NCBI GenBank assembly: GCA_951406725.2
Contig: OX597815.1
Coordinates: 90,210,001 to 90,274,000, forward strand
Source: Octopus vulgaris
Lineage: Eukaryota
Length of the DNA stretch: 64,000 bases
Direction: 5' to 3'
Within the stretch, counting starts at the first letter, position 1. Every line of letters begins with the position of its first letter. Below the pieces are notes generated by a model that saw nothing but the letters and a program-made list of their open reading frames with translations, was not told where the DNA came from and ran no database searches. A program made the translations under genes and the position numbers. Below are positions 14,979-27,039 of this stretch, piece after piece.

Positions 14979-16147
14979 TAGATAGATACAAGACTGCATA
15001 ACATTCAAACGGTGCGTCGACGAATTTCCCCGAAGAAATACTGGGCAAACCATCGCCACTCACATACACATTGGCAAACAACTCCTTATAGGAGAGCATC
15101 ATGTTGTTCAAAAACATAAATGAAAAGACTACCTTTGGTGCATTACTAAGTTAGGCGTGACATGGGTCTATAATGGCCTAAAATCCAAGTTATCCAAGTT
15201 ATGTAGATGTGTGAGCGCGCGCATGTGAATATGTGTATGTGTTTCATACTATATTTGTCTATTCATTCTATCACCACTGTCCACAATGCTTCTATAATCT
15301 AATTTATTCAAAAGCCTGAAGTCCACTACCCTTTGACTGACAATGACGATTCTTCAACCTATAGCAGGACATCTGACCTCTGCTAGCATGATTTACTTTA
15401 ATAAGTATATTTATGCTCCAGTGAAAATCATTTCCACAAATTTTCCCGCCAGTTCAATTGTTGTACGACGACATACCTTTACACACTATCTCACAAAATG
15501 ACAAATTAATCATAAAAGAAGACATTTCACAAAAGCTTTGCATCGGACCGGCGACATACACTCACGCACACATATACACAAGCATTGTCATCAAATTAAA
15601 GCAAATGAAATAACCACCACATCACACACGCACAAAATCTACAGTCCATATTCTTCATAATTTGGAACAGAATATATACAACGTCATGACTACTGAAAGG
15701 AAAAGTAAAATGGAATCTGGAAAAAAATATTTCAAACTCGTAAGGCTGCATTAAGGATAAAACTAGTAATTTCAATGTGACAAAGAACATTTGAAATAGA
15801 ATCGTTGCATCACAAGTGTACTATGTTCTTCTTTTCTTCAGGGTATTCGAAGTTTGTACTCTATACTTACTCTCATGTGCATATTTGAAACGTAAACACA
15901 CACACACTGATACGCACGCCCACACACGCTTACGCGAACGCATGCACACATTCACACACGAAGAGACGCGTACAGCTACATAAACAAGTTCAGAAACATA
16001 TAGTTGTATATATGGGTACACGTATAATTATATATGTATCCATGAGTGTATTATATGTATATAATGTACACATACACGCATGTATGGATGTGAATATAGA
16101 ATACATACATATACATACCTATCTGCCTACATACATACATACATACA

Positions 16148-16213
<66 letters not shown>

Positions 16214-16445
16214 TATATTGATATATTGACATACAGTATTTTATGTAGATACATGCATATGCACGCGGGTGTGCATGTATGCATGTGACGTGTGTGTGTG
16301 TATGTATATGTGTGTTTACGCACCCATTTCACTGTGCATATATATGTATATACATACAGATATATATTATATATATATATATCATATATATATATATATA
16401 TATACATATATATATACATATATATATATACATATATATATATAC

Positions 16446-16509
<64 letters not shown>

Positions 16510-16731
16510 TCGTCGGTGGGTTTGCAACTTCTGATACGTCATCCCTGGGAATCATTATTGAGAGTTATCTTATTTATTGCAGATTACGAAAAACATGGTG
16601 ATGGAGAAAATTGACTCCAGTCAAGCGACAATGTAATCAGAGTGGACAAAGGGACATCTTCTATATTAGTGATATACGAGAATGAAGATGGATAGCATAA
16701 GTGTAATTTGAAATGTATGTATGTATGTATG

Positions 16732-16785
<54 letters not shown>

Positions 16786-16819
16786 TACATATATATTTAA
16801 ATATAGATATATATACATA

Positions 16820-16883
<64 letters not shown>

Positions 16884-17130
16884 GAGAGAGAGAAAGAGAT
16901 GAAGAGAAATTTGATTTACAACACAAAGCCGGTGAACATAAATGCATAAATAAATAAGCAAAACATATCAACAATAGCTACTAGAATAATAAATGAAATA
17001 AATTTATATCAGCGTTGGTTGCGCTTCCCAGCTACATTGCTTTCTATGTTTAGATTGAATTATTTCCGTTGTAAATTTCTCAGTGGAATTACAATGCTAC
17101 TCACCATCATAGATTTGAAATTGTGTACGT

Positions 17131-17312
17131 TATGGTGATGGTGGTGGTAATGGTGCTGGTGGTGGTGGTAGTGGTGATTGCGATGATTACGAGGACCATG
17201 ATGATGAGGATGTTGATAATGATGATGATGATGATGATGACGATGGTGATGGTGGTGGAGGTAGTGGTTTTAGTGATGACGGTGATGGTGATGATAGTTG
17301 CCGTGGTGGTGG
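17131..17312. repeat. (GGT/GAT)n compound microsatellite
   Basis: Direct observation. Confidence 0.9.
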
Positions 17313-17339
17313 TTTTTCCTGGTTGTAGTGAGGATACAT

Positions 17340-17470
17340 GATGACGGGGTTGATCGGTATTATCAGCGCCAAAACCTGATGAGCTCATGGGGCAAAGAAC
17401 CAGTCTTCTCATGGTCTCTCAACTCGGATGAGGTGTCAGCATGACGTCCTGCAGACACAGCTTGGCATCT
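17340..17470 (-). mobile_element. Possible RTE-type LINE C-terminal fragment
   Basis: Minus strand gives frameshifted pieces resembling the RTE C-terminal pattern LAGH..RHPEL...LVLW.P. Confidence 0.35.
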
Positions 17471-18344
17471 TTAAGAATTTATACATCGGATAATGTAGTT
17501 CTGTAGAATATAGAGATGATTACATTTCAATACGTCAGTCCTGTAAAATACAGTCCTAAAATAAGGAGTGAAAATTAGTTGGAATGACTTGGTCATAGAT
17601 CTACTTAAACAGAGCTAACTTTCAGCTAATCATCACCAACAACAGTGAAGACAACTTTGCCTTATATAAAAGAGCTAATAGATCAATTTCAACATCGTTA
17701 TCAACACCGTGATTGTCATCATCATAAACTCATTCAATCTCATAGAAGATGTTTGATCATGTTCCCCTTCGCCAACTTAATAATCACAACCTTGTTATGA
17801 AGATATTTGCTATCATCGTTATAAACATCAACGATGCTTCAGCAATTTGTACCTTAACTTTTCTCTCCATCTTTATTTCTGCTACAATTGTTTGCAAATA
17901 GCTTATATTATTATCCCGCAGCACTTCATACAGAATTTTGGCTAACATTGTCTTCGAATAAACGAATGGTGATTAGTTATACATCGGTCAGTTATAAAAG
18001 CCGGACCTCACTAATTCAGTAGGTACGTTATAATCCTCGCAGGAAGAATAATAATGATTTTAAATGAAGAAAAAAATGCCAAATCAATGGTATGTCCGTT
18101 TCCGTGAACTAAAACCGCTTACTTCATGTTACATACGAAGTTGAATAATCTATGCAACACATGCAATAAAATTAGGGAAGATTAACTTTTTAGACATTTA
18201 ACTTGAATCAAAGTCAACGCCTAAAATGAATCTGCAGTGTGGTGTGTATTTACTGCATGATTTGCCTAACCTTGCATATCATATGAAACAAATGGCGTTC
18301 GTCCACGAAACCGAACAGTTAACACTTATTTAACTTAATTTTTC

Positions 18345-18381
<37 letters not shown>

Positions 18382-18382
<1 letters not shown>

Positions 18383-18800
18383 GTGGTCTGATCAATAGGT
18401 ATCCGGACTGCTACTAAAGCACGCAGAGTGAAGCGGCTCTGCACAGATTGACCTTCAACCCTGTTGTTTTAACGTTCTAACTCACTTCCACTGTTTACAG
18501 CAGTGCTTGGAAGGAAGGTATGTAGCGTGTGTTCGTCGATTGACCATAACAGAGAAAGTTGAGCAGAGAGTCTGCATCAAACTTTGCTCAGACGCAAAGT
18601 TTTCAAAAAGTTTTCATCGTTCTCGATAGAACGAAAGAGATTTTGTGCGACTCAAATCCGAGTGTCTTTTTCGTCAGCTGAAAGCAATTTCAGCGCAAAT
18701 TTGACAGAAACGCGTGTCTTACCCAAATCTTTAGTGATGATTTAGTGAACTGTAACCGTAGCTAATCAGTACATCCTCTTATATCTCACGGATAGTGATG
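18382..18800. mobile_element. Mariner fragment with internal inversion
   Basis: TA then TIR-like CGTGGTCTGATCAATA.GTATCCGGACT and N-terminal EKVEQRVCIKL on +. From 18594 to 18800 the minus strand encodes ITIREI...DLGKTRVSVKFALKLLSADEKDTR...ENDENFLK. Confidence 0.85.
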
Positions 18801-18894
18801 AGGGAAGTGTCAGTTTCGAATATATGAAATATATGTATGTATTTGAATATATGTATGTATTTGATCTCTCTGTGTGGATTGTAGTAATGTTCCT

Positions 18895-19483
18895 TTAGTT
18901 ACTGCTCCCATTGCACAAGGCCCGAAAGTTTGGGGGAGGGGGCCAGTAGATTAGATCGACCCTGGTATGCAAGTGTTACTTAATTTATCGACCCCGAAAG
19001 GATGACAGACAAAATGACCTCAGCGGAATTTGAATTCAGAGCATAAAGACACACGAAACACCTATGTCTATTTCTTTACTACCCACAAAGGGCTAAACAC
19101 AGAGAGGACAAACAAGGACAGACAAACGGATTAAGTTGATTATATCGACCCCTGTGCGTAACTTGTACTTATTTAATCGACCTCGAAAGGATGAAATGCA
19201 AAGTCGACCTCGGCGGAATTTGATCTCAGAACGTAGCGGCAGACGAAATACCTATTTCTTTACTACCCACAAGGGGCTAAACACAGAGGGGACAAACAAG
19301 GACAGGCAAACGGATTAAGTCGATTATATCGACCCCAGTGCGTAACTGGTACTTATTTAATCGACCCCGAAAGGATTAAAGGCAAAGTTAACCTCGGCGG
19401 AATTTGAACTCACAACGTAACGGCAGACGAAATACGGCTACGCATTTCTCCCGGCGTGCTAACGTTTCTGACAGCTCGCCGCC
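18895..19483 (-). mobile_element. Trimeric SINE family B (head + two long-tail units + one short-tail unit)
   Basis: Head ggcggcgagctg at 19483; three about 185-nt units, each with a B-box and Meta-like core; junctions at 19251/19252 and 19061/19062. Confidence 0.92.
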
Positions 19484-19539
19484 TTAATATACTAATGTAA
19501 ATTATATGAATACAGAATCAGTTGTTCAGATTTTATTTC

Positions 19540-19570
<31 letters not shown>

Positions 19571-20527
19571 ATGCACACCTAAAGTTCGTTATCAGTCGCA
19601 GTTATTCCGGAAGGCTTTATTAGTACATTGCTCCAGAAAAGGATTCCTTAAAGCATTTCTTGAGAAATATTATGCATTAACTTCACAATAGAGTTGGATT
19701 TATAAAGTATTCATTTGATTGCGTAATAATAATTAAAAACTCTTATATTAGATAAATCAGGTATGTTATGAAAACAAAGTTCGAGGATCCTGTTTCATAG
19801 ATTATCTAGTAATGCTTCAAATAAAGCAATGTTATTTCTTGAAATCGGTGATAGCATATTCAGTTGTGTCGCAATGTCGTTACAGTTTCTGTATTATTTA
19901 GTGTTTTGGATACAAGCTATATGCTTGCAATGAATCACACATGTCTTAATCCAGGCAGATATCAGGAAACATAACAATTAATTATAAATGAAAAATGTTT
20001 GAAACAATTATTTACATTTTCTGATGGCTATAAAATTAGACATGAGTATGATATGCAACTTTTAGTCCAACAGTAGGCATATTCAAACTGGTCTATAAGA
20101 AAAATTACTATCACTGGTACAACAAAACTGAAAGACAATCTCTATTTATAATCTAAATAAGATTAGAATATGTTTCACCTGACAATCCCTACTCTTCTAC
20201 TCACAAAAGAGAAGTGGAATTTTGAGCTAACAGGTTGGGTGAAGGTAAAATTAAACGAATTTGGATAATATGCTTTCTGAACTTTAAGCATTGATGCTAC
20301 ACTTGCTTGTTAATGTTTTGGGATTCGTAAGCCCCTAATAGCAACACAGAAGGAACATTCTCAGTTCTGAGATTTAGGATTAATGGAGCCACCTTCAAAT
20401 GACGCGAGCAGAGAAGGTGACATAGACAATTAGACTGTAATTCACATCATCAATCACTGGTAATTGCCATGCATTTTTAAGCGCAGTCGGTTTTGAGACC
20501 CTTTTCATCACACATCTTTACAGCGCC

Positions 20528-21030
20528 ATGCGTCAGACCAAATGGTCAGTCGCTGGAGCTGACTCAGTTTTTAAGTTTTGTCCGTTACTGGTAAATCTTC
20601 TTATACCATCATCTTGTAAATCATCTTGTGCATTTATATTGTTTACCCATTGTTTCAGAGACGATATGTGTTGCGAAACATTTCTTCAGAAATTACGCAC
20701 TGGTTAGCCTGTATATTTAAATCGGATGAAGTTGCAGACATGGTACCGAATATATGAAAAACTGAAGTAGTCGACATCAAACTCAATGGATATGCAAGAG
20801 TAATGGGAGCAAGTGTTTACCAGTGCAAGTTTAATAAAAGAGACAAGACCATGATGACAAGCATCTGCTTTTCGGACAAAACTCTGCCTAAAGCGGTTGG
20901 AAACTGGTTCACTCCAGATTTCTGTGGGTATAGAGACTGGGAGATTTCTAGTAGAGTAAACAATTTCGAATATGGCCAGCAAGCTAGTGGCACAAATAAT
21001 TCATGCAGTTGTGAAAATCGACTATTATAA
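20528..21030 (+). other. Candidate two-exon ORF or pseudogene with one in-frame TGA
   Basis: cgccATG at 20528, CTG|gtaaat donor at 20591, tgtttcag acceptor ending 20658. Phase-0 join gives 53 aa, TGA at 20755-20757, then 90 more codons to TAA at 21028-21030. Non-repetitive sequence. Confidence 0.3.
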
Positions 21031-21129
21031 TCTGATAAATGTAGAAAACATCTGCCCCTTTGCCTTTTTAGAAAGCAAATATTTTCTAGACTTCGGTATT
21101 CGGAGTTCTCACATGTGTTTTTTTTTTTT

Positions 21130-21510
21130 TTCCTTTAGTATCATGCCTCATAAACCCAAGTGCTCGCTATTTCAATCTTGTGAATTTCAACTTCTTTTGC
21201 ATAGATACTATCGTCATTAGCATCAGTCACATAAATAACTTCACAAGATCAGACCACGTCTCCGTTATCATTACTTTCAATTAATTTTTGCCCATGTCTA
21301 AAATGGAATTCTGATCATTCCAAAAGATTGGGATATATACCGCAGTTAGGACGATCACACGTTTTACTCTTGCGTCCTTTATTCTTGAAAATAATTTGGC
21401 ATTTGTGAGGATCATCATTAATGGCTTTGGTTGTTTACTGCATTTAATGATTTTCTGGGTGCGTAGAATTTCCTTCACCTTGGAGTCCTTATGGAGTGTT
21501 GGGAGATTCT
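21130..21510 (-). mobile_element. Penelope-like fragment (linker and start of GIY-YIG)
   Basis: KEILRTQKIIKCSKQPKPLMMILTNAKL followed, across a frameshift, by C.RPNC..Y...F.F..GQK, typical of the PLE region upstream of GIY-YIG. Confidence 0.75.
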
Positions 21511-21614
21511 GGACATGGGCGACTGCTGGTCTTCCATAAACAAAATTGCTCGGACTTGTGCCTCGGAGGGTAACTTCTAGGGGCAATCCGATGGTCATTC
21601 ATGGCCGAATCAGG

Positions 21615-21848
21615 CTACCCTTTCTCTTGTGTAACCCCTCTGTCCGGCATTCGCCATGATAGATCGCTAGCCACCAATCCTTTTGCTATTTTCTCTCCCT
21701 GTTTATTTCTGTGTTCCTTCCTGTCGAAGAGCGTAGGCTCGAAACGTAAAAGACTTTCTCACTTCCCGAGTGTTAAACTAATACATCTGTTTGTTGTTTA
21801 CACACCCGTCTCCGTCTTGTGTTTTTTTTTCTTTTTGTAAATTCTGAC
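21615..21848 (+). mobile_element. Penelope 3' end (same family as 2150-3942), ending at (TA)n
   Basis: Shares ctgtcgaagagc.taggctcgaaacgtaaaa.actt and downstream tail with the reverse complement of 2150-2295. A further tail-only copy lies at about 39025-39110 on the minus strand. Confidence 0.8.
21717..21752 (+). ncRNA. Minimal type I hammerhead-like motif with variant core
   Basis: cttc-CTGTCGA-A-GAGC-gtag-GCTC-GAA-ACGT-A-aaag: 4-bp stem II, palindromic ACGU stem III, GUA triplet. Confidence 0.55.
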
Positions 21849-22744
21849 TATATATATATATATATATTAAAACAAACATTAGTATATGTATGTATGCATG
21901 CATAATTGTATATGCAATATTGTGTAATATTCTTTGTGCTCACGTCTCTATGACTACTTGACTGTATCTAAATTTTCAAGACGTTTCACATGTTGCAGGA
22001 CCTTTTCGGATTTGTTCGCTCATTCCCTCATTCTTATGTGCTCAGTCAGTTTAGTGTCTTTGATCTGCAAATATTTATATCCCTCAATTTTCCTCAATTT
22101 ACATAAAACTTTTTTTTATTTCATTGTATTTATGTACCAAAAGATGTTACTGCATCTCGGTTGATTACATTATCTCCCTTTTTTCGTTTAGGTATATATT
22201 ATCTTCTGTCCGGATTGATATGTGGTTTAACATTTTGTAATGTACTGTTTTTTTACATAGTTCAGCTTCTTGCCTTGCAGTTTTACTACTGTTGAGTATT
22301 TTCGTATTCGCTTCTCTTTTATATATATTCCTTATGAACTGAGAATAAAGTGAATTTTTTTGCTAAACTCTTAGTGCGCATTTATAACATTATTTTCAAC
22401 CCAGATTTTAGTTATTCACCCATCTATTGTAATAAATTAGATGTTGATGGGGTATTGCAAGTAGTTCATATCGATGAGCACACCACCAGCATCCGACTTG
22501 AAACGAAGCGAAATATATATCTTATAACTTTTGAAGCATATTACGTCACCTGTTTGGGATCCTCGTACGTGTGATGCAATCGATGCCATTACATCGTTCC
22601 ATACCCACTAGGGGGCATTGTAGAACGCAGTCGAAACAATTTTAGTGCTAAATAAAGTTTCTAGTTTTACTCTGTCTTTATTACATAGATGAGTATTACA
22701 TAGATGCGCTTTCGTCATGGGATCTATGTAATATTAGAGTATTA

Positions 22745-23180
22745 CTTTAAACAGAGCCAAATTTCAAACATAACATAATCAGCAAAATCTAATCTATTAC
22801 AATTCTCAATTCTCAATTCGCTTATATTGGGATATAGAAAATAGTTTCTTCTGTTGTCTTTTTCTATATTATAATTATTGGACAATCTGCTATTTCTTGT
22901 TGTGGGTGCACCTGCATCGTTTTGTTGAAATATTAGTATCCGCAAGCAAGAAACTCTTTTCTTTTCTTTTCAATAGTCAAATCCTGAATGTCAGATGTTG
23001 CTGTAGGTAAACCAACTTACCCATATGCTTAGTAAATCAGGCATTGATGATAGCCTCAGTAGCTAACTAAATCACAGTATATGAAAAGTCAGCTTGGTAG
23101 CTGGAAATTTGATGGAACAACTGTGGGGCAATAAGCTCTTTTTTCAAGTGAAATTAAGTATACCGATTAATGTCGCTATT
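22745..23180 (-). mobile_element. Highly decayed Tc1/mariner transposase fragment
   Basis: LIFQQNDAGAPTTR resembles the FQQDGAPAH motif, followed by NRLDFADYVMFEIW resembling NPLDY..W. Confidence 0.45.
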
Positions 23181-23392
23181 GGGTTACTTTACAAACTGAA
23201 ATATCAACCGTATACTGCAAATAGGTACGAATATATTCATGCCTGCGTGGTAAAAGATCTGTAACAGATTATTGTCTTCCTCTGGAAAGACAAGGCTTGG
23301 AAAAGCATTATCCCAGAGAATATTTTCTAGTATAGAAGACAATGCTGCAGCAAAATCTCTTCTAGCTTAGTCATGTTCAACGAATGGAAAAA

Positions 23393-23435
23393 AAAGACTA
23401 GATTACTAAAGCTCTCCTTTAGTAATCTAGTCTTT
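23393..23435. other. Perfect 19-bp inverted repeat with 5-nt loop
   Basis: aaagactagattactaaag-ctctc-ctttagtaatctagtcttt. Confidence 0.95.
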
Positions 23436-23949
23436 CATTACTAATATTTCAGCGAGAAAAAACACTACTATATCCAAAGCGAAAACAAATACGTTTAAAT
23501 ATGAAGAGATGAAACTTTGATACCCAGCTTCGGATATCATCTCAGAAAAGACATCTGTGCAATATCCACTTTCTACACAACAGGTAGCTATTCCACAAGG
23601 ACAACTATTGTCGTTATCAGCTGAGAGAGACTGTGAGCTGTCTAAATTTCTTCTCGATTAATTGATATTCATCTAGTCTTATTGTATACTAATTTTACAC
23701 TATTGTATTAGTGTACTATTGTAAACTAATTTCAGTCGATATTGTACACTAATTTTATACATACAGAAAGAACCCTACCCACGTTTCTGTATTTGGTAAA
23801 TAATATATGTTACTATTAGTGGTTGTTTGCTGTCTACTAATTCAGTAATTATTTTACCTGTTTTCGTGTCTAGCATTACTAATTTATTTAGCTTCTGTTC
23901 AGAAGATTATAACTGTAATATTACTCGTACACGTACTGTAATGTTGCTG

Positions 23950-25900
23950 ATTATGATATGTTTCGAATTTTGCTCACTTTAAAGTAGTACTCTAATGCGT
24001 CTACATATTGTTTTATAACCTAGCTTCTCATGTGCCTATGTTGTTCACTGTCTAGTGCATTAATTCTTAAGAATGTGTATGTCTGTATTTGGTCTAACAA
24101 TTTTATCTTTGTTCCTTTATCTTACATGAGGAAAATAGTGTTTATTAATTTTCTTCTCTTCAAAGTTATATTGACACACTCACTAAACTGAATTTCATGT
24201 CAAATTCTTCCACTGAATTCATGTACTGTATATAACATTGTTTCCAGTTCTTTACCATCTTGAACGTATAGCTTGAAGTAATCAATATACAAAGGATGAT
24301 TAATTATCCGTCATTCTCTCAAAGCATTTGCATTCGAGTCCAGTCTGGTTTAGCATGTTTGTCAAAAATGTTAACCTAGAGTAGAGAAACAGTATCTGAC
24401 GCTAGTCTCCTTGGAATATGAATAAGACTTGAGTTTATATTTTCTTTTGTTTTTCTATTTACAAGATTGTCATTAATTCCTGAGATATTTTGTTTGTTGA
24501 GTATTGTTACCTATATCTACTATTTCCAGTAATTGAAATAGCTTTCATGTAATCAATCCATGCCATCCCCAGATTCAGTCTTATGACTTTGTTCATCAGT
24601 CATTGATTCCTACCCCCATATCAGATTTCGTTGTATTTATTCTGTGAATTTTGTATTATTTACAGCCGATAATGTATATATTTCTGATATTATGACTCAC
24701 AGGATATGTATCATAACGGTAACAAAATGTAAGGCTCCGCCTCTTTTTTTTACTTATTGTTCTTTAGTTATTGGCATTAAAGTGAGAAGGACTAACTCAC
24801 TAGCATCCATCCTGTAACCGATAGATCAAAACCACATTTTATGGTCACTCCTCTTCTTTTAACACTACTACAATGGTCTTTACTCGACGATAGTACCTAG
24901 TTGCAAACAGCTGATAGCTGATCTTACCAACCATACGTTTTGTCCTTCTTGTGCTATGCATGCAGTAATCTTACTTGTAGACCTACCACTCATCTTCATC
25001 ATTTCTCTTCCCAGACGTTAATTCACTGGATATCTTTTCCACCTTCGTTCATTGACCTGCAACATGAACCATAGCTGTGTAGTATGTCAATGCCGGCAAA
25101 TCTCTTCCTGAGCTCAACCTTAGAACATAACCTCGAATTTTTGTTGCTCTTTATAGCAAACAATTGATATGTGGCAAGTTCTTTATGAGTGTATGTTAAG
25201 TATTTCATTCAGTGATTTTGATATTTACCACTTCGTCCAGTGACGTGGAAGCTATTCTTTTTTTAAACATTGTGTCTGAGCTACACCCTCTCTTGCTATT
25301 GTCTGCTTAGATTTTTTAGATATTGAAATTTATGTTTCTAACAATCTCGCTTAAAGTAATCGCTTTGATATCCATAATTCCCCGTAAAATTATTCTACTT
25401 GGCTTGCTGTTGGCGAGGCATTGATTTGCGTCATAGTAAAATCGCGTTGGTGTGGAGTCGTACTGTTTGGTCTGCTCAAAGAACGGTCGCTTTTCATAAT
25501 GAGAACTTGTTACAATTTAGAAATCATCTTTTGTTTCAAATGTTCTTTGATTTCGGGTACTATATTTTCTTTGTTATGTTTCTACAGCATTATCTCAATT
25601 TCTAATTTTACCTTTCTTTCCTATTTGGATTTCATAAATGATTAAGAAATTATTTTCCTTTTTTATATCTTTCTATCTATTTGTTTCCGCGTTGTTTAAC
25701 TGGGTTTTGAAATTCCTGTATGACAAATATCTGCTTTTCTTAGTAACTATTGTGTTCTATAGATTATTTTGTTTATTTGCTTGATAAGGATGATTGCATC
25801 TATTTTCTCTAAGCCTTAGATAGCCAGGCTGGTGTTTTTCTTTTGTGCTGTAGTTGCTATTATGTCTTAAAAGGGTCTACTATTGATTGGTTCATAAAAA
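23950..25900 (-). mobile_element. Old R4/Dong-like (RLE) LINE relic, RT region
   Basis: NLGMAWIDYMKA, IFQGD and LYIDYFKLYVQDGKEL (YMDD equivalent) on the minus strand. Boundaries approximate; a related fragment at about 21900-22300 carries EGYKYL. Confidence 0.65.
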
Positions 25901-27039
25901 TATAAAAGGTCGATTATTTTGTTGCCATAATCAAAATGTCCATCTTTAGATTTTGTATTCTTAAATACTTTTCCTATTCACATTAATTATATTGATACTT
26001 ATATTGTTCTGACTCAGCTTTTGATGATTTCTTATCTGTAGATATAGCAGAGATTTACTTTGTAATATTTTGTCATTCAGCCGGAGTAACTATATCACAG
26101 AATTTGAAACTGTAAATATGAGATATTTTGTTCCTGCCCTACTTAGCACATATTTGCTTTAGCATGCTGAAGGCATTGTGAATACAAGCAATGGAAAGCC
26201 CTGATCTTTTCCCACTCACAGATATCTGAGGAATTATTATAAGACTAGGCAATAAAAGCTGAACAATGAAAGTGCCAAACTTAAAAATGAGAATATACAG
26301 GAAGCGAAACCAAATACCTAAAGGAATGTGAGATTGGCTGCATTCATAAAGATAGATTTGAATGTATAGATAGACGTGTTTGATAGCTTAAGATTAAAAA
26401 GAACAAAATGTTAATTTTTATATATAGAAATATGTAAAGTAGCGGTGTAATTAAATTCTATTACATGAATGCACCTTAAGCCATTCATAGAATATCATCT
26501 CTGTTCAAATACTACAATGTCAAAAAATACAGAAAAAGACAGAGACAAATAAAAGAAAGAAAAACCGAAACAAAAATGAATGAAAGAAAAAAAACGATAA
26601 AAAGAGGAGAAAATTCTAAAATTTCTTAGCTGAACAGTTGATTATAAACCGCGTCCAAAATTTGAATTTCCTTTCATAAAATCATGTAAGGTGATCAAAC
26701 AGCTTGCAACGGTTCACAGATGGAATAGTTAAACAGAAAATATAGAATTGGAAAACTGTCAGAAACTTCTTGTGCATATTTCTGTGGAGTGGCTGCAATA
26801 TGACAATTACATAACAATCTTTCGACCAATGTAATCAACACCATGAGGTGGAAGATTTTCGTTTAGCTGGATTATAACTTCATTTCATGAACGTGTGTCT
26901 TGGAATTCCGTGGAGAGGTCTACTTTTAATGTAACGCTCATACTTCTAGGTTATTTGCAAATATAATAAATGAATATCTGTATTTGAACTTTATTTCACA
27001 CGGAGTAATTCATTAAACGTTTTAGGAGTCCACAGCATT

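Noticed and set aside
15063-15083. Possible 21-nt minus-strand microexon (ELFANVY) before gtgagt
   Set aside because: Weak acceptor; such matches are expected by chance in 64 kb.
17372-17410. CTGATGA-gctc-atg-gggc as a hammerhead
   Set aside because: No GAAA after stem II and no stem I; the region is better explained as a minus-strand LINE fragment.
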